Source of the DNA: Phallusia mammillata
Taxonomy: Eukaryota
Assembly (NCBI GenBank): GCA_965637545.1
Contig: OZ281496.1
Location: 2,480,001 to 2,544,000, forward strand
Length of the DNA stretch: 64,000 bases
Direction of reading: 5' to 3'
Of this stretch, positions 23,153 through 36,741 are shown piece by piece. The notes below the pieces were generated by a model. The model saw only the letters and a list, made by a program, of their open reading frames with translations, was not told the DNA's origin and made no database searches. Position 1 is the first letter of the stretch. The number at the start of each line of letters is the position of its first letter. Made by a program: the position numbers and the translations under genes.

Positions 23153-26029
23153 GGGGAGACCGGGGATACTTCGGACGCGGGGATACTTCGGACCGGGTAT
23201 ATGACGTCACAGTAGCGCATTGTGACATCATTTTTAACAAATCTTCATGCTTCCATTACAAAGCAGCATGCTATTTGAGAGCATGCGTACTTCAACCGAT
23301 TAGTAAAATTAAAAGAAGTTAGTTTAACAGAAATATCTACTTTTTAAATTTTTTGTTGTAAGGATATAATTTGGTTGTTGGTAGCCGAAAGTAATTCTTT
23401 TGTGGTGGAAGTCGTAGTTTAGAAGCAACACTTCAATAAGCAAACGTTGATTTTGAGCAGGAGGTAAACAGGCGGCCATGTTTTTGCTTTTTTATGTCGC
23501 CACGTGTCTGGGGATACGTCGGACAACATGTCCGACGCATCCCCGGTTGAAGTAAGTGTATTATATTGTATGCTCACAATAGTTTCAGATCATAAAAAAT
23601 ATGGTAAGAATGTTTAAAAGAAAGACGACAGGAAAGTATGCTTCAAGCGACCAAATGAAAAAAGCTGTTTTGGCAGTTATTGAAGATGGATACTCGTACA
23701 GACAGAGTGCCATTGAGCACGAAGTTAATCGCTCAACCCTATCAGATTATGTCCGACGACATAAAAAATGTGGTGCATTGGCCTCATATTCTCCTAATTT
23801 TAAACAGAAAAAGATTTTTAGCGAAGAGCAGGAAAAGTCGTTGGCGGATTACTTGCTAAACTGTTCAAAAATGTTTTATGGTTTGACTCCAAAAGCGACT
23901 CGCCGATTGGCAAAAGAATACGCCATCAGCAATGGCGTAAAAGTCCCAGAGTCCTGGGTGACAAACCAGACAGCAGGAGAAGATTGGCTTTCAGGCTTTT
24001 TGAAGAGAAATCACAACTTGAGCATAAGAAAACCTGAAGCCACATCTTTGGCTCGGATGACTAGTTTTAATAGATCAAATGTCGAAAAGTTTCAGACCAA
24101 TTTGCGCAAACTTTATGGAAGATATCATTTTACGCCGTCGGAAATTTTTAACATTGATGAGGTACTTTTTTTGGTTTTGTTAAAATGTGTTACCTATAGT
24201 ATGCGATTCTAAGTGAACCCTTGCATTTAGACTGGAGTTACGACTGTCACCAAACTTCCAAAAGTTGTGGTCAACGTGGGGCAAGCCAAGTTGGCCAGGC
24301 AACGTCCAGGGAGAGAGGAGAACTGATGACCAAGGTTGGCATTATTGGCGCGAGCGGCGTTGCACTGCCTCCAGTCTGGGTTTTTCCAAGAGTGAGACAA
24401 AACCCAGCACGCATGCTCTGTGGACTTGCAAGTGGACCTTTGGCGTTGGCACATAAAACAGGATGGATGACATCCGAAAATTTTATTCATGTTTTGACGT
24501 TTTTCGTCCAGTTCACAAGATGCTCGCAGGAAAAGAAGGTATTGCTCATAATGGATAATCACGGATCACACTTAAGTGGCGAAGGCGTTAAATACGCCAA
24601 AGATAATGGGATTGTACTCCTGACGCTGCCTCCACACACCTCTAACAAGCTGCAACCACTTGATAAAACGATTTTTGGTCCGTTTAAAATCTTTGTCAGC
24701 CAAGGTATTGATGATTGGATGATTGCCCACCCAGGTCAAGTCATTTCTATATATGATCTTCCGAAAATCTGCATACAATCGTGGGATAGAGCCGCGACCC
24801 CAGTAAATATTAAGTCTGGATTTCTGTCCACCGGCATTTGTCCTTTCGACCAGAATATTTTTTCGGACGACGATTTCTTGAGCTCGTTTGTTTCCGATCG
24901 TCCTGATCCGGAAAGTTGTGCTGAAGCGGCAGAGAGTGGTCTGTTATCACGGGAAACTTCCCTTCCACATACAGAATCGTCCACTTTACGTTCTAAACCA
25001 GACGAAGAGAGTAGCGATGGAAACACTGTGCCCGGGCCTTCCTACATCCCGTGTTCAGTCCATGTCTCGCCAGAATGTGTCAGACCATATCCCAAAGCTC
25101 AACCACGAAAGAAAAGATCAGAAAAAGGAAGAAAAAGAGGCCGATCATTTATCGCTACCGACACGCCTGAAAAAAAGCTATTAGAAGAAAAGGAAAAACA
25201 AAGGCAAATAAAAAAAGTCACGGTTCAAAACAAGAAAACATCGCGGCGTGCAAAACGAAAAATTTTGGAGGACATTTCTTCCAGTGATGAATCTTTCACC
25301 CCTGAAAAATCTTTATCAACGGATGAAGTGTGTAGTGAAGAAGATATTTCCACACCCACGCTAAAAGAGAAAGCTGATTTGGGAGACTTCGTACTTGTAA
25401 AATATGATGCACATGGCAAGAAATCAGTATTTTATGTAGGCAAAGTGGTCGACTTTGAAGACTCCGATGGAGAGGAAAATGAAAAAGATCTCGACATAAA
25501 ATTTTACAGAAAAAACCCCAAAGCAGTGAATTCATTCGTTGAGCCTTTAGTGGAAGACATCCACGCCGTGGAAAGTAACCGGGTTGCCATGGTTCTGCCA
25601 AATCCCATATCAGTCGGGGGATCCAAAAGGCAAATGGGTGCCCTAAGATTTCCCATCAACCTTTTCTGTTTTAATATGCGCTAAAGTACCAGCTTAGCCT
25701 AGTCGACGTGTATATTAGATGATTCGTTATTATTTCGTTTGTCGTTTTTACCAAATGTGCCGAATAAAACAAAAAAACATAATCTGTCCGAGGTTACCCC
25801 GGCCATGTCTGATGTTACCCCGGTACCGGGGCAACATCGGACACTTGAGAGCCTTAGGAATTTGACCTTTTACATGCATTTCTAGTTTGCTTTGGCAATC
25901 GACACTCCCACCCTTTTTCGGCAAAGGATTACCCTTTACAACAAACTAACATTTAAATTCATGTGACGCATATAAAAAAAAATATTAGCAATTTTCAAAA
26001 AAAACGTCCGAACCATCCCCGGTCTCCCC
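23153..26029 (+). mobile_element. pogo-superfamily (Tc1/mariner) DD35D DNA transposon
   Basis: 25-bp TIR GGGGAGACCGGGGATACTTCGGACG (2 mismatches), TA TSD on both sides, subterminal GGGGATAC/GTTACCCCGG repeats. Confidence 0.95.
23601..25684 (+). pseudogene. pogo-like transposase (HTH_psq, CENP-B HTH, DDE_1); 69-nt intron and one frameshift
   Basis: AGEDWLSGFLKRN; NIDE|TG across GT-AG intron 24162-24230; LIMDNHGSH...LQPLD with 35 residues between D2 and D3; 1-nt deletion near 24268. Confidence 0.88.
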
Positions 26030-26259
26030 TACCTCTGAAATACCCTTTCACTATGTTTGTAACTTTCCTAACTTAGCCCTTGCCAAAATAACAACACATT
26101 TAAACATACTTCGACATTATAAGTCAAATTTTCACATGATTAATTTACATGACCACATGTACATGACGAAAACCAGATCGAGTATGACAACATTTAACGA
26201 TGCGAAAACTGCATCATATATTTGTGGGATATTTACTATTGTTTAAGTGTATGGTTATT

Positions 26260-29200
26260 TCATTCTCTGATCTCAATCACTTTGCCGCCTTCTTTATCTG
26301 CACGAGCATTGTATCTCACAGCTAAATCAGATGAGCGATTTGTAGATGTTCGAAGAGAGAAAAAAAAATCCATCAGCCATTTCTTTGCCCTGACAAGTTG
26401 ATCTTCCAATGTTTTAGAGTAAAGCAAGGGATTAAGAGCGCTGTTGATTGGAAGCAACAGACAAGCACTCAACACATAAGCATCTGGAGGCATCTTGATT
26501 CCTCCAATACTCAAATATCCCATGACACAAATTGGAATCCAGCAACAGAAGTCGGTCAAAATCAACCTCAAAATTCTCTTCTTCATCGTGGAGCTGACAT
26601 CGTTACTTCTGGACCCTTTCATTCGGTTGCTTTGCTTGTAGATGAGAACATATGCAACCACCATGTAGATGAACATAAGGAAGTTGATTGTGATGAGGAA
26701 AGTTGAATATTCCCAAGCAAATTCACTGGTTGTGGCAAACAAACGTGGCGTACAGACACTTGTTTTTCCATAATATCCAAACTCCCCTTTAATTGGGTTG
26801 CGAGGAAATGTTTTCTGGATTGTTTGTTTCACTTGGTCCCAACTCTCCGGTTCTAAACCGGTAATTGTTTCTGCAAGAAGTGACATATTTTCTCTAGAAA
26901 CAAAGTCGTTTTCAAACATGTTGTTTGGAAACCAAACATCAGTTGTAAAATATTCCGAAGTGACATTGAGCAAAGGAACAATCGCCAAGAGAACAGCTAA
27001 AATCCAAGAAAACTATTCAGCAAGCAAAACTTTCAGAGGACCCAAACTTCGAATTGTAAATGGTTTTAATGCTGATACAAGGCGAAACGTGGTCATCGAT
27101 GTTAATGTAAGCGCCGATGCTTCGGAAGAAATAATTGCAAGTGCTCCAAGTCCCGAACACAAACTACTTGACCGCCCCACTTTATTAATCAAACAATAAG
27201 AGCCAGAAAATCGAGTTCCTTGCACTATAATTGCAAGCAGATATATTCCCATAAGGAAATCTGAGATACAGAGGTTCAGGATGAAAATATTAGTGTTTAT
27301 AAAAATGTTTTGGTTTTTGTCTGCATTCCACAAGCTGTGAGCAGTTGCAATGAACACAAACGAATTTCCTCCCAAGGCCAATACAGCTGTTATCCAGAAA
27401 TTTGCTCGGTATATTGGATTGGCAATCATTCCGTTGACATCTGCAAACGCGTCCCCAGCCAAATTCACACATTCATCGCTTCCATCTGAACAATCGCGAA
27501 TTCCATTCTGCACCAGTTTCCATTCAACTGACAAAGGTTGTTCATTTGTGCAATAAAATCTCTTTTTTTCACAACGACATCTGCTTTCATCAGAATCATT
27601 GTCACAATCAATAATTCCATCACAAACAGTTTTTCTGTCAATGGAAATTACATCTTTGCTTTTGCAATAAAAACGGGTTTTGTTACAAATTTCAAGAAAT
27701 TCATCCGAGCCGTCATCACAATCGACTTTTCCGTCGCACACCTGACTGTTTTTTATGTTGATCTCTCCTTTTAAAAAACAATAAAACATATTTGGGCAAT
27801 TCATTTCACCATGTAACCATAGGTCGTAGTCAACTTTTCCACCACATATAAAGTTCAAAAAATCAATGGCTTCAAATCCAATACCTACCCAATACTGAAA
27901 CGAATATCTCAACCATTCATTGTCATTTCTCGCACACTTAAATATTGCGTCAAGCCCAAGGTCTTTATAGTTTTCTGGTAAACACTGAGTTTGTTCCAAA
28001 CTATTTGCAGACGAACAGTATTTTGTGTTTGTTTAATCATCACTTTGTACGCTTGAGTTGCACAACTTTCCTTTTTGAAACGAACATACTGATTTATTTT
28101 GGCAATGCATCTGGTTTGACGGACAAGTACCTCTTATATCATTACACAAACTTTCATTAAAACACAAGCACTCATCTGACATATCATAGCAATCCACTAT
28201 ACCGTCACAAACTTGCTTGGGTGATATGGTCAACTTCTTATCTAAGCACTGAAAACATTTGAACTCTCCGTTGACGAAACATACATCAGATTTATCAGAA
28301 CATTGAGCCACTGAATCGTATGCATTGGTTTGTGGCAAAACACAAACACCGTGTCTCGATGAACCAGAGCATTTAAAACCAAAACCTAACCTAATTTCAT
28401 CACTTTTGTCACTGCAACTATTAGTTCCGTCACAAAAATTACTCCCAGCTATGATTTATTTGTTTTCACAAATAAAATAATTCTGACAAAAATTTTCTGT
28501 TTTTTTACAGTTTGAAGACACTCAAATCATATTATTGCTTTCACATTTGTTGATGTCATCAGCACATGATGGTTGGATTATTGTGTTGCACTCTGCTGGA
28601 ACTGAGGAATGTACAAGATACCTAGCAAGTTGTTCACTCTTGCAAATTGTGCAAGATTGGCATGTGAAGTAGGAAACTGAACAAAGTTCGTCACTACCAT
28701 CATAGCAATCCTTAAATCCATCACCAATCCGGTCAAAAGGTATGCATCTGCCAGTAGATGGACAATGTTTGTCACCAGGAACACACGGACATCTGGCATA
28801 AACTCCAGAGCAGTAACATTTCTCATCACTGCCATCAAAACAGTCACGATTTTTATCACATAATAAAGATCGGTCAATACAACTTCCCTCCATACCTATG
28901 CATTGTTTTGTGCCAACACATGCACATTGAAACTTGTTAGCTGGACAAGTACAATTAACTTCATCACTCCAATCTCCACAGCTATTATATCCATCGCATT
29001 GCTCGTATTTGTTGATGCAACCATATTTAGTTGCGCAGTTCTTTGTTTTGTAACAATCACATTCAAACTTATGACCTGGGCAAGTGCAATTAACTTCATC
29101 ACTTCAATCTCCACAGTCATCATATCCAATGCATTGAGTGCTTTTGTAAATGCAACCCGACCCAGTTGTGCAGTTCTTGGTTTTGTAACAAGGGCATTCA

Positions 29201-32200
29201 AACTCTCTATCATCTGGACAAGTGCAATTAACTTCATCACTCCAATCTCCACAGTCATTATCTCCATTACATTGCCTGTTTTTGTTGATGCAACCGTATC
29301 TATTTGTACAGTTATTTGCTTTGTAGCAATCGCATTCAAACTCTTGAGCCGTACAAGTGCAATTAACTTCATCACTGCCATCTAAACAAGCCATCCCTCG
29401 ATCACATCCCCACTCCTGTCTCATACACCCAACAGAACCTTTACAAGTTGTGTTGAAGCAGTCACACTGAAGGTAGACTTCTGGACAAACCTCACCAAAC
29501 TCGTCACTCCAATCACCACAGTTGTTGTGCCAGTCATTTACCCTCCACATCTCAATACATCCTGGTTGGTCCCCACACCGGCCAAACTTGTGACAAGCAC
29601 ATTCGAACATCGAAGAAGGACAAGTGCAGCTGGGACCACGGTACGGTTTCTCGCACACCGGGACATTTCCAGGTTCTGTGGGGCAAAATGAACGAAACGC
29701 GTTTTGTAGAGATAAAAGTTATTTGTCAAAAGTTATAAAAATAGGCGACATATGTTACGTTGTTATTTTTGTCACCTACATATGTCGTCATAACTTATTT
29801 CTATGTCGTGTTCGCTGTAACGAGTTGTCGAGGGAGAATGAGAAGCCCGCAGTTGGAATTGGTGTTGAGCGGTGGTTGTGTCGCGCCTGTATATCTGCGC
29901 TACATGCCTTTTTATCGTTTTACTCTTTTGATATTTAAATACAAGTTACTTTGGGTACTGACAGGATTATTGTAGCAGAGCCGAAAAAAGGGCAAAACAA
30001 AAAATTTTGCGAGCACGCCAGGACTGCTGTTGTCAGAAGAATGGATTTCTTTGTACATCCTCCGAAGTTTGAGGCAGGAAGCGACATTCGGACTTTTATT
30101 AACATCTTTGAATCATTTTGTAAAAGCGTTGAGGCAATCTTTTATATTTTGAAATCTGAAAACGAAAACTTATATGATGTCGCTTAAGATGAGTTGAAGA
30201 AAAGAGGCACCGCTCTAGCCTGATGTAATTTCACACAAAGTAACGCAAGACTAACACTGACAAGACGCACTCAATCTGTGGATGAAACCAACCGAGATTT
30301 CGTGTCGGCTCTTGTGGCGCTTGGAAACCAAGCATTTCCAGAGAACAACAAACTAAGGAATGCAATGCTGTACACGTCTTTGCTTACCGGCCTCAGGGAC
30401 AAACGGCTCGCGGATACTTTACTGCGCGAGAATTGCTCGAAGGAAGAACTTCAGAGAAGCGCCGCGTCGAGCAATCAGCGCGGACGACTTTACTGGTAAA
30501 AGCGATAAGTTGCGGGACATCGATGTTGCCCTGTTGCAGCCCAAAGTTGACCCAGTCACCGATCAGTTAAAACGCTTGGCTGAGGAAATCAAACAACTGC
30601 GACTCGAACTAAACGAGGTGTGAAATGAGAACAAGAGATATTGCTCTCGTCGGTGCTCTAATTGTAATGGAGAGGGTCATTTTGAGAGAAATTGCAGGCA
30701 AAGAAGACCACGTATACAGAACTGGAAATTGCAAACAAGCGCCTAACAACCGACGTCTTTCCCCTATCAGGAGCCCGAGAGTTGTTGGTATTAGAACAAC
30801 TGCTTCTGTTTATGTGTCGTCGGATATCGCCGAGGAGTGTATTTTGGGCATAGATTTTCTACAGAACCATAGTAGTGTAGTAAACTACAAGTTGATGCGG
30901 TGTCCGGAAAAGAACCAATTGTTATTCGCCCAAAAACTGAAGTATCAGTTCCGTGCTCCTTTCATTCTGACGTTACGCTTCCCGATTCGACAGCGGTGAT
31001 CAAGAGAACCATGGAAGCGTGTTTGAAGTATGATGTTGCAGTTGCGAGTATGTGACAAACACAAGGGCTGAAAGCAATCAGCGTTTGGGGAATAAAGGAC
31101 ACCGAGATCTACTAAATGAACTTCGTGTTTCTCGGATGCCATCGCCAAAACAAGAAGAGGACGCGCTCGAACAAATAATGCAAAACGTCGTGCCGCATTT
31201 GCAGTTGGGTCGGATTCTCTAGGAACATTTCATGCGTTTGGACAACGTCCTATGCCGCTTGGAAACAGTCGGTCTTTAACTTAAACCATCCAAGTGTCAC
31301 ATAATGCGGAAAAAAGTTCAGTTTCTTGGTCATGTTGTGTCAGGTGCGGGACTAGCGTGTGATCTGGCAAAGATTAAAACGGTTCAGGAGTGGCCAAGAT
31401 CTTCTTGTGTCCGGAAAGTGCGGCAGTTTCTTGGATTGGCCTCGTACTATCGAAGGCAAGCATGGCAACGCTGACGCAATGAGCAGAATTCCATCAACAA
31501 TGCAAGATGAAGAGTCCGTACCAGGCTGGAAGTCGGATGCAGAGGACTACTGCCTTCGCTGTACACTTTGCAACGTTCGAAAACTATCAAACCCGAAAGC
31601 AACAGCTCCGGTGGATCCGTCAACTGAAGATGGATCAATGCAACGGATAGAAGTTGACATTCTTGGTGGATTGCCAACTTCAGTTGTTGGATATAGGACT
31701 GACTCCACACTTGCTGTTGTATGGTCGAGAACTTAGATTACCAGCCGATTTAGTTATTAATAGGCCAGCAAGCTCTCCAACCACAGCCAACGTAGCGGAG
31801 GTTCAGGATAGATTGCGGGAGGTAGCAGGAGAACGTCTCCACAACGTTCGTGAACGAATGAAAAAGCGTTACGATCGCAACTCGACAACTGCCACCTACT
31901 GCGTGGATGATTATGTTATGCTTAGAGACACTGTATTGGGACCAGATGAAGAAAATAAGTTTCATATGCCATATAAGGGACCTTTTCAGGTCCTGAAGGT
32001 ATTGCCCCCGCAAATTGCCTACTTTCTTGCCGGGCGCATATTTTGTTTTACCTCACTGCAGGCGGAATAGACCACAACCGACCATTAACGAACGACCACG
32101 TCGTCAGACACGACCGCCACAATTTTACCCAGCCCCCGAATAGATACGCAGTCAAAAAACGAATTATTCATGTCGTGTATTGATTGAGCGCCATACCTTC

Positions 32201-33247
32201 TTGCTGCTATACTTGACACATACGTAATGATACATGCTGAATGTTTTGTTGTGTGTTTCACAAAACCGTCGTGTTATCACGTAGTATTAACGGGAACGTT
32301 ATATTTTCACTTGTTCTGTCCTATGTTATATTTGTTACAGATTACATTTTGATGTGTTTCCATTAATATGCTTGACTTTACATTCACCTCAGCTAAGTCA
32401 CCTCGTTTATGTCAACTAACATTTCAAGTTCGAAAAAGTTGTTTGTTTAGTTGCACATCCGATTTGTTTCCCTCACGCTTGTTTTATTTCAATTTGTTAT
32501 GTAATACGCAATTCGTAAATTCTTTACACTCTTTCCTTGTTTGTTTACTACGTACTTAAGTAGCTTTCACTCTTTTTCACTTTATGTCTACGCCTGTATC
32601 AAACGTTTATGTCAGTTCATTCCGACACAAAACTTATCGTTATCATTGTCATGGTTTTAACTACATACCATTATACTGTTAGTTGTTTCGCGTTGTACCA
32701 GGGGCACAACAACATGTAGCGGGGGAAGTGTGTTATGTTTTTATTTTTGTCACGTATATATATGACGTCATACCTTATTTCTATGTCGTGTTCGCTGTAA
32801 CGAATTGTCGAGGGGACGTGGGCCCACGCGGCTGAGAAGCCCGCAGTTGGAGTTGGTGTTGAGCGGTGGTTGTGTCGCGACTGTATATCTGCGCTACATG
32901 CTTTTTTATCGTTTTATTCTTTTAATATTTTAACACAAGTTACTTTGGGTGCTGACAACCCGTTATTGCAGCAGATCCGAAAAAGGCGTAACACATACAC
33001 TTAAACACGCACTACAGCGCCCAAACTACATGCGTGCGTTTTAATTGAATAGTATTATTTGTTGCACTAATATCAGTTTCAAAGCAATTAAAAGTTTAAT
33101 TTACTGCAACGATTTGCGTTGAATATTTAAATTAAAAGCAGAAAAAAACTTACTTGTATAAGGTCGAGGAGCGAGACTGAAATCCTCACCTGGACATTCA
33201 CCTTCAGCGCATCCGACGAAAAACAATAGAAAAAGTAACCACAGCAT
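26260..33247 (-). pseudogene. LDLa-repeat GPCR copy B, with five in-frame nonsense codons
   Basis: Exon 1 33247-33154 matches copy A exon 1. Exon 2 from 29675 stays in one frame to 26260, with stops at 29104, 28522, 28456, 28033 and 27013. Confidence 0.9.
29753..32993 (+). mobile_element. Decayed, internally deleted Gypsy element in intron 1 of GPCR copy B
   Basis: LTRs 29753-29999 and 32731-32993 (TGTTA...ACA), 4-bp TSD CATA, PBS-like TGCGAGCACGCCAGGA, gag knuckle CSNCNGEGHFERNC, protease ILGIDFL, RT KPSKC...VQFLGHVVS, KHGNADAMSR, PPT GCGGGGGAAG. Confidence 0.93.
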
Positions 33248-33979
33248 GTCTATAACTTTTATGTGATAACTGTGCACAGTAAAACGTAGTTAGTTAACCG
33301 GTGACTTCACTATCGTCTACCCCCACCACATCAAAAATTGATTGAAACAATAAAAGCGTATGATCAGCAACATTATGCTATTGTCGGCTCAGAGTCACAT
33401 CAAACTATTGCCGTTTATGCTATACATGACTTGGTAAACCCCGCATCAGAAGCTCAGCAAGATTAAACTTTAACACAGCAGCACATTACTGCGTATCTTT
33501 TGTTTTAATGCAATCAATAAAGAACATCCGAAAAAACACTTTGACGGTTATAGCACAGCAATGGAACATTCAACAGAATGAGAGAACGTCTTCAAACCCT
33601 TTGTTTTTAAATTTAAATCACATGTCATGTGATGTCTCGTTGGAATTACACATAAAGGTCTGTAACTTTTGCGTAACTTTCGTTAGAAATTCCGTGACAT
33701 CCGTCACATCTTTTCCGGAAATATCTACAACGTTAAAACCAACGACCCGCAGCAACCCCATGTAATAAAGCGCTATGTGACGAGAGTTCACAAGCAAGTA
33801 AGTTTGGCGCACTGTAAGTAAAACACGATTGATATTTAAGGGCATTGAGGTCCAGGGGTTATTTTGCTTTTGGTTTAAAACTAAATTTGTTGGATGGAAT
33901 TGTGGGTTGTTCCTATCCGTGGAAAATGTCTTGGCAATACCATAAAAGTGTTATATCGGTAAAAACTGTCAAACTGAAA

Positions 33980-34232
33980 GTCTATATAAAACACCTATTT
34001 CAGGTTGTCCAACCCATTGTTACGCGATTAAGTCGCAATAGTCTCTCCATTTGATGTCCAAAATAATACAGCGGGTATCAAAAAACATATAAATGGATTT
34101 TAACGCGAATGTGATTGGCCAATTGGAATAAAAATTTTCGGTTCTAACGCTGTATTTATTTTGGACAGAAAATAGCTCCATATGCTTTGTTGCGTAACAA
34201 TGGGTTGGACAACTTGAGTTTTATGTAGACTT
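33980..34232. repeat. Small inverted-repeat element (MITE-like)
   Basis: GTTGTCCAACCCATTGTTACGC (~34003-34024) is inverted at ~34192-34213; the same motif occurs at 10066-10085. Confidence 0.55.
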
Positions 34233-35932
34233 TGCTCGTACCATACCTACTTATTGGTAATTTGGGCCCTTTGAGCAATCAACTAAGTTTACACCAGTAA
34301 TATGCAAGCAAGTATAACTGCAAGCTTACGGATTAAGACATGTAGTTTTTTGCTTAACATTTTACATTTAGAAAGCATTAACAGGTAAGCCGGCTGAAAA
34401 TTCTAAATTACAATAGCACATAATCGACAAAAAAACACAAAAAAGACTCACATGAAAGGGTAACAATTTAAGCACAGCAACGATATTCAACGAAACATAT
34501 TATGTATTGACTCTTTGGCGTCAAAATAAGGTAGTTGCTTACCTTACACGTATGTTCATGGAAAATTGTGACATTAGTCACAGCTTTTCACCGAATCCGA
34601 AAGAGCTGCACTAGGTTAAAACGGCATGAACTGCAAAATTTAGAAGGATACATCGGTGCAAAAGAGTGAAACGTGCTACAGCTACGCCGTGTTATAAAGC
34701 GTTATGTGACGAGGGCTCACAAGAAAGTAAGTTTTACGCACAGTCGATTGACTATTAACTACAATAAGATCCAGCGGTTCCTGCATTCCTAGTTTTGTTG
34801 TCCTTATTTTATTAACCAAACTAAAATAAAGTAAACTATTTAGTTTGTCTTTGTTTCAGGAATTGTGTGAGCCAACAACTTTAAACCGGCTGGAAATGAG
34901 AAGAATTTATTGCCATCCGTCCTTTTCAAAGAAAATAGTGTATTGCACCATAAAAGTTACATATATCCTTTTCACCGTCAATTTGCTACGAGGTGTACAG
35001 CAAAAGCAATGTAAAAAAAGGCATTTGTGACATCACTATCGCGAACGCGCCTTTATATTCGATCATGCGTGACAAGGCTTCCCTTGTGAGCTTGATGACG
35101 GGCTATTTCCTGCGCTTACAAAACGATATCAGTAATACACTGGATACAAGGCCAAACTGCCACCCTAAGAATTACGGCGCTCAAAGTCATTTGTTTGCAC
35201 ACAGGTCATAAAAACATTGCAAGCTGAACAATTAATCAAGTTTATAGAATTTTTCTGGCAATTGTATTTTTATTCCAACGTTTCGACGACCTGTATAGGA
35301 CGTAAGTTGGGTAACTGATGGAGTTTAACACTCAACAGTATAAAATATACAACCACAAGACAATCAACAGTCATGTAAAAATCTGATCCAAATCAGAACA
35401 TGCTTAGAATTCTGAGCATTAGAGGTGTTATTAGCAACATTCGTTAAGGCCTTTGACGTCATAAGGCTGTAGTAACATATGGTCTGTTGCCTTTATTACA
35501 CATGAATCTTTTGTTTGTGGTGCGCAGCTTGGGTTATCAAGAAAATCGAAGCAGATGGCGCGTCTGCATAACTGTATTTACCATCTGTGAAAGTTTTATC
35601 CAAATCCAGCTAAGATTTCATGCCAAAAGTGCTTGGACAAACTTCGGCGAAAATAAAAATAGTAAAATCAAGATGCATAAATACGATAACCAAACACATC
35701 ACATTCTGTACTTTTCTAATAAGATGCGTTTTTTAAGATGCGAGGCCCCAACCAGCCTCGACATATGACGACCGTCTGATAATCTTGTAGTTTCCAGTTT
35801 AATTAGACCGAAACAAAGTACGCAAAAAAGAATTGAAAACTACTGAAAAATAAAGGGTTCTTCCTGAAGTAGACAGGTGGTTACTGTAATACCGTCTCAT
35901 CAGTGTATACCTTAGGTCGAAACACTGTACAC

Positions 35933-36065
35933 CAGTGATGGGAAGAGTCGAGTCAGTGACTCGACTTGAGTCCGATTCGAGTCACCTTTTTAATAGACTT
36001 GACTTGAGTCGAGTCTCAGCTGTGAAAATACTCGACTCGACTTTAGTAGAGACTTGACTCGTACT
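35933..36065. mobile_element. Truncated hAT MITE end with GACTCGA repeats
   Basis: CAGTGATGGG start followed by clustered GAGTCGAGTC/GACTCGAC motifs; partner end not found. Confidence 0.6.
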
Positions 36066-36408
36066 CGTTATTTCACCAACAAACAAATTACGTCATAACA
36101 GATTCTGGCAATGTGGTCCAATAACACGACATTGCATCTGACGTGTATTTAGGGTTGAGGGTTATACGATGTTACAGAATGTTTTAGCCTTTAGCAGCTA
36201 TTTTCGACTTGGTGCAAATTGTGTTGCTATGTATTATTTCACAAAGCGAATCAAATACAACTTGACTTACATTTGTAAGGTTTAGGCCCCGGCAAACCCG
36301 CAACTTTAAGGGAACCGAGTGTTGGAACTGATGCATGTTTTGCGCATGCCTACATAAGTGCCATGGATATGCGCAAGTTTCCTTTTCCACTTTTTCTCGT
36401 GTCTACTT

Positions 36409-36562
36409 AACCGTGACGACAACTACGCACTGACGTCACTACACCAACATAACGTAAGGCTTAAAGCGTAATAAAATTAACCAACACAGGGGTTATTCTA
36501 CCTGCCACCCTGGGCATTTTCTACACATTTAACCATGACGACAACTACGCACTGACGTCACT
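36409..36562. promoter_or_regulatory. Two further copies of the GTGACGAC-N11-G(T/A)CGTCAC dyad (second arm forms the CRE-like TGACGTCA)
   Basis: Direct sequence match to 7-38. Confidence 0.45.
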
Positions 36563-36741
36563 ACATCAGTGGTCCGGTTACACGCAAATTGAAGACTTTG
36601 TGGTAGGACAAATCTGTAAAGGCAGAGCTAAAAACTGTTTACTATATTTTTAGGGCGAGAGGCAAAACAGATGTGGTAATAAATGACATGTATACTTTCC
36701 GTAATAAAACAAATTATTACTGCTATAAATAAGGGAGTAGA

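Noticed and set aside
24255-24275. Programmed -1 frameshift in the pogo transposase
   Set aside because: No X-XXY-YYZ slippery heptamer in the right frame; a 1-nt deletion explains it.
28522-28524. TGA at a conserved Cys as selenocysteine
   Set aside because: Four other stops (TGA at Trp, 2x TAA, TAG) lie in the same frame and I saw no SECIS; TGT to TGA is a simple point mutation.
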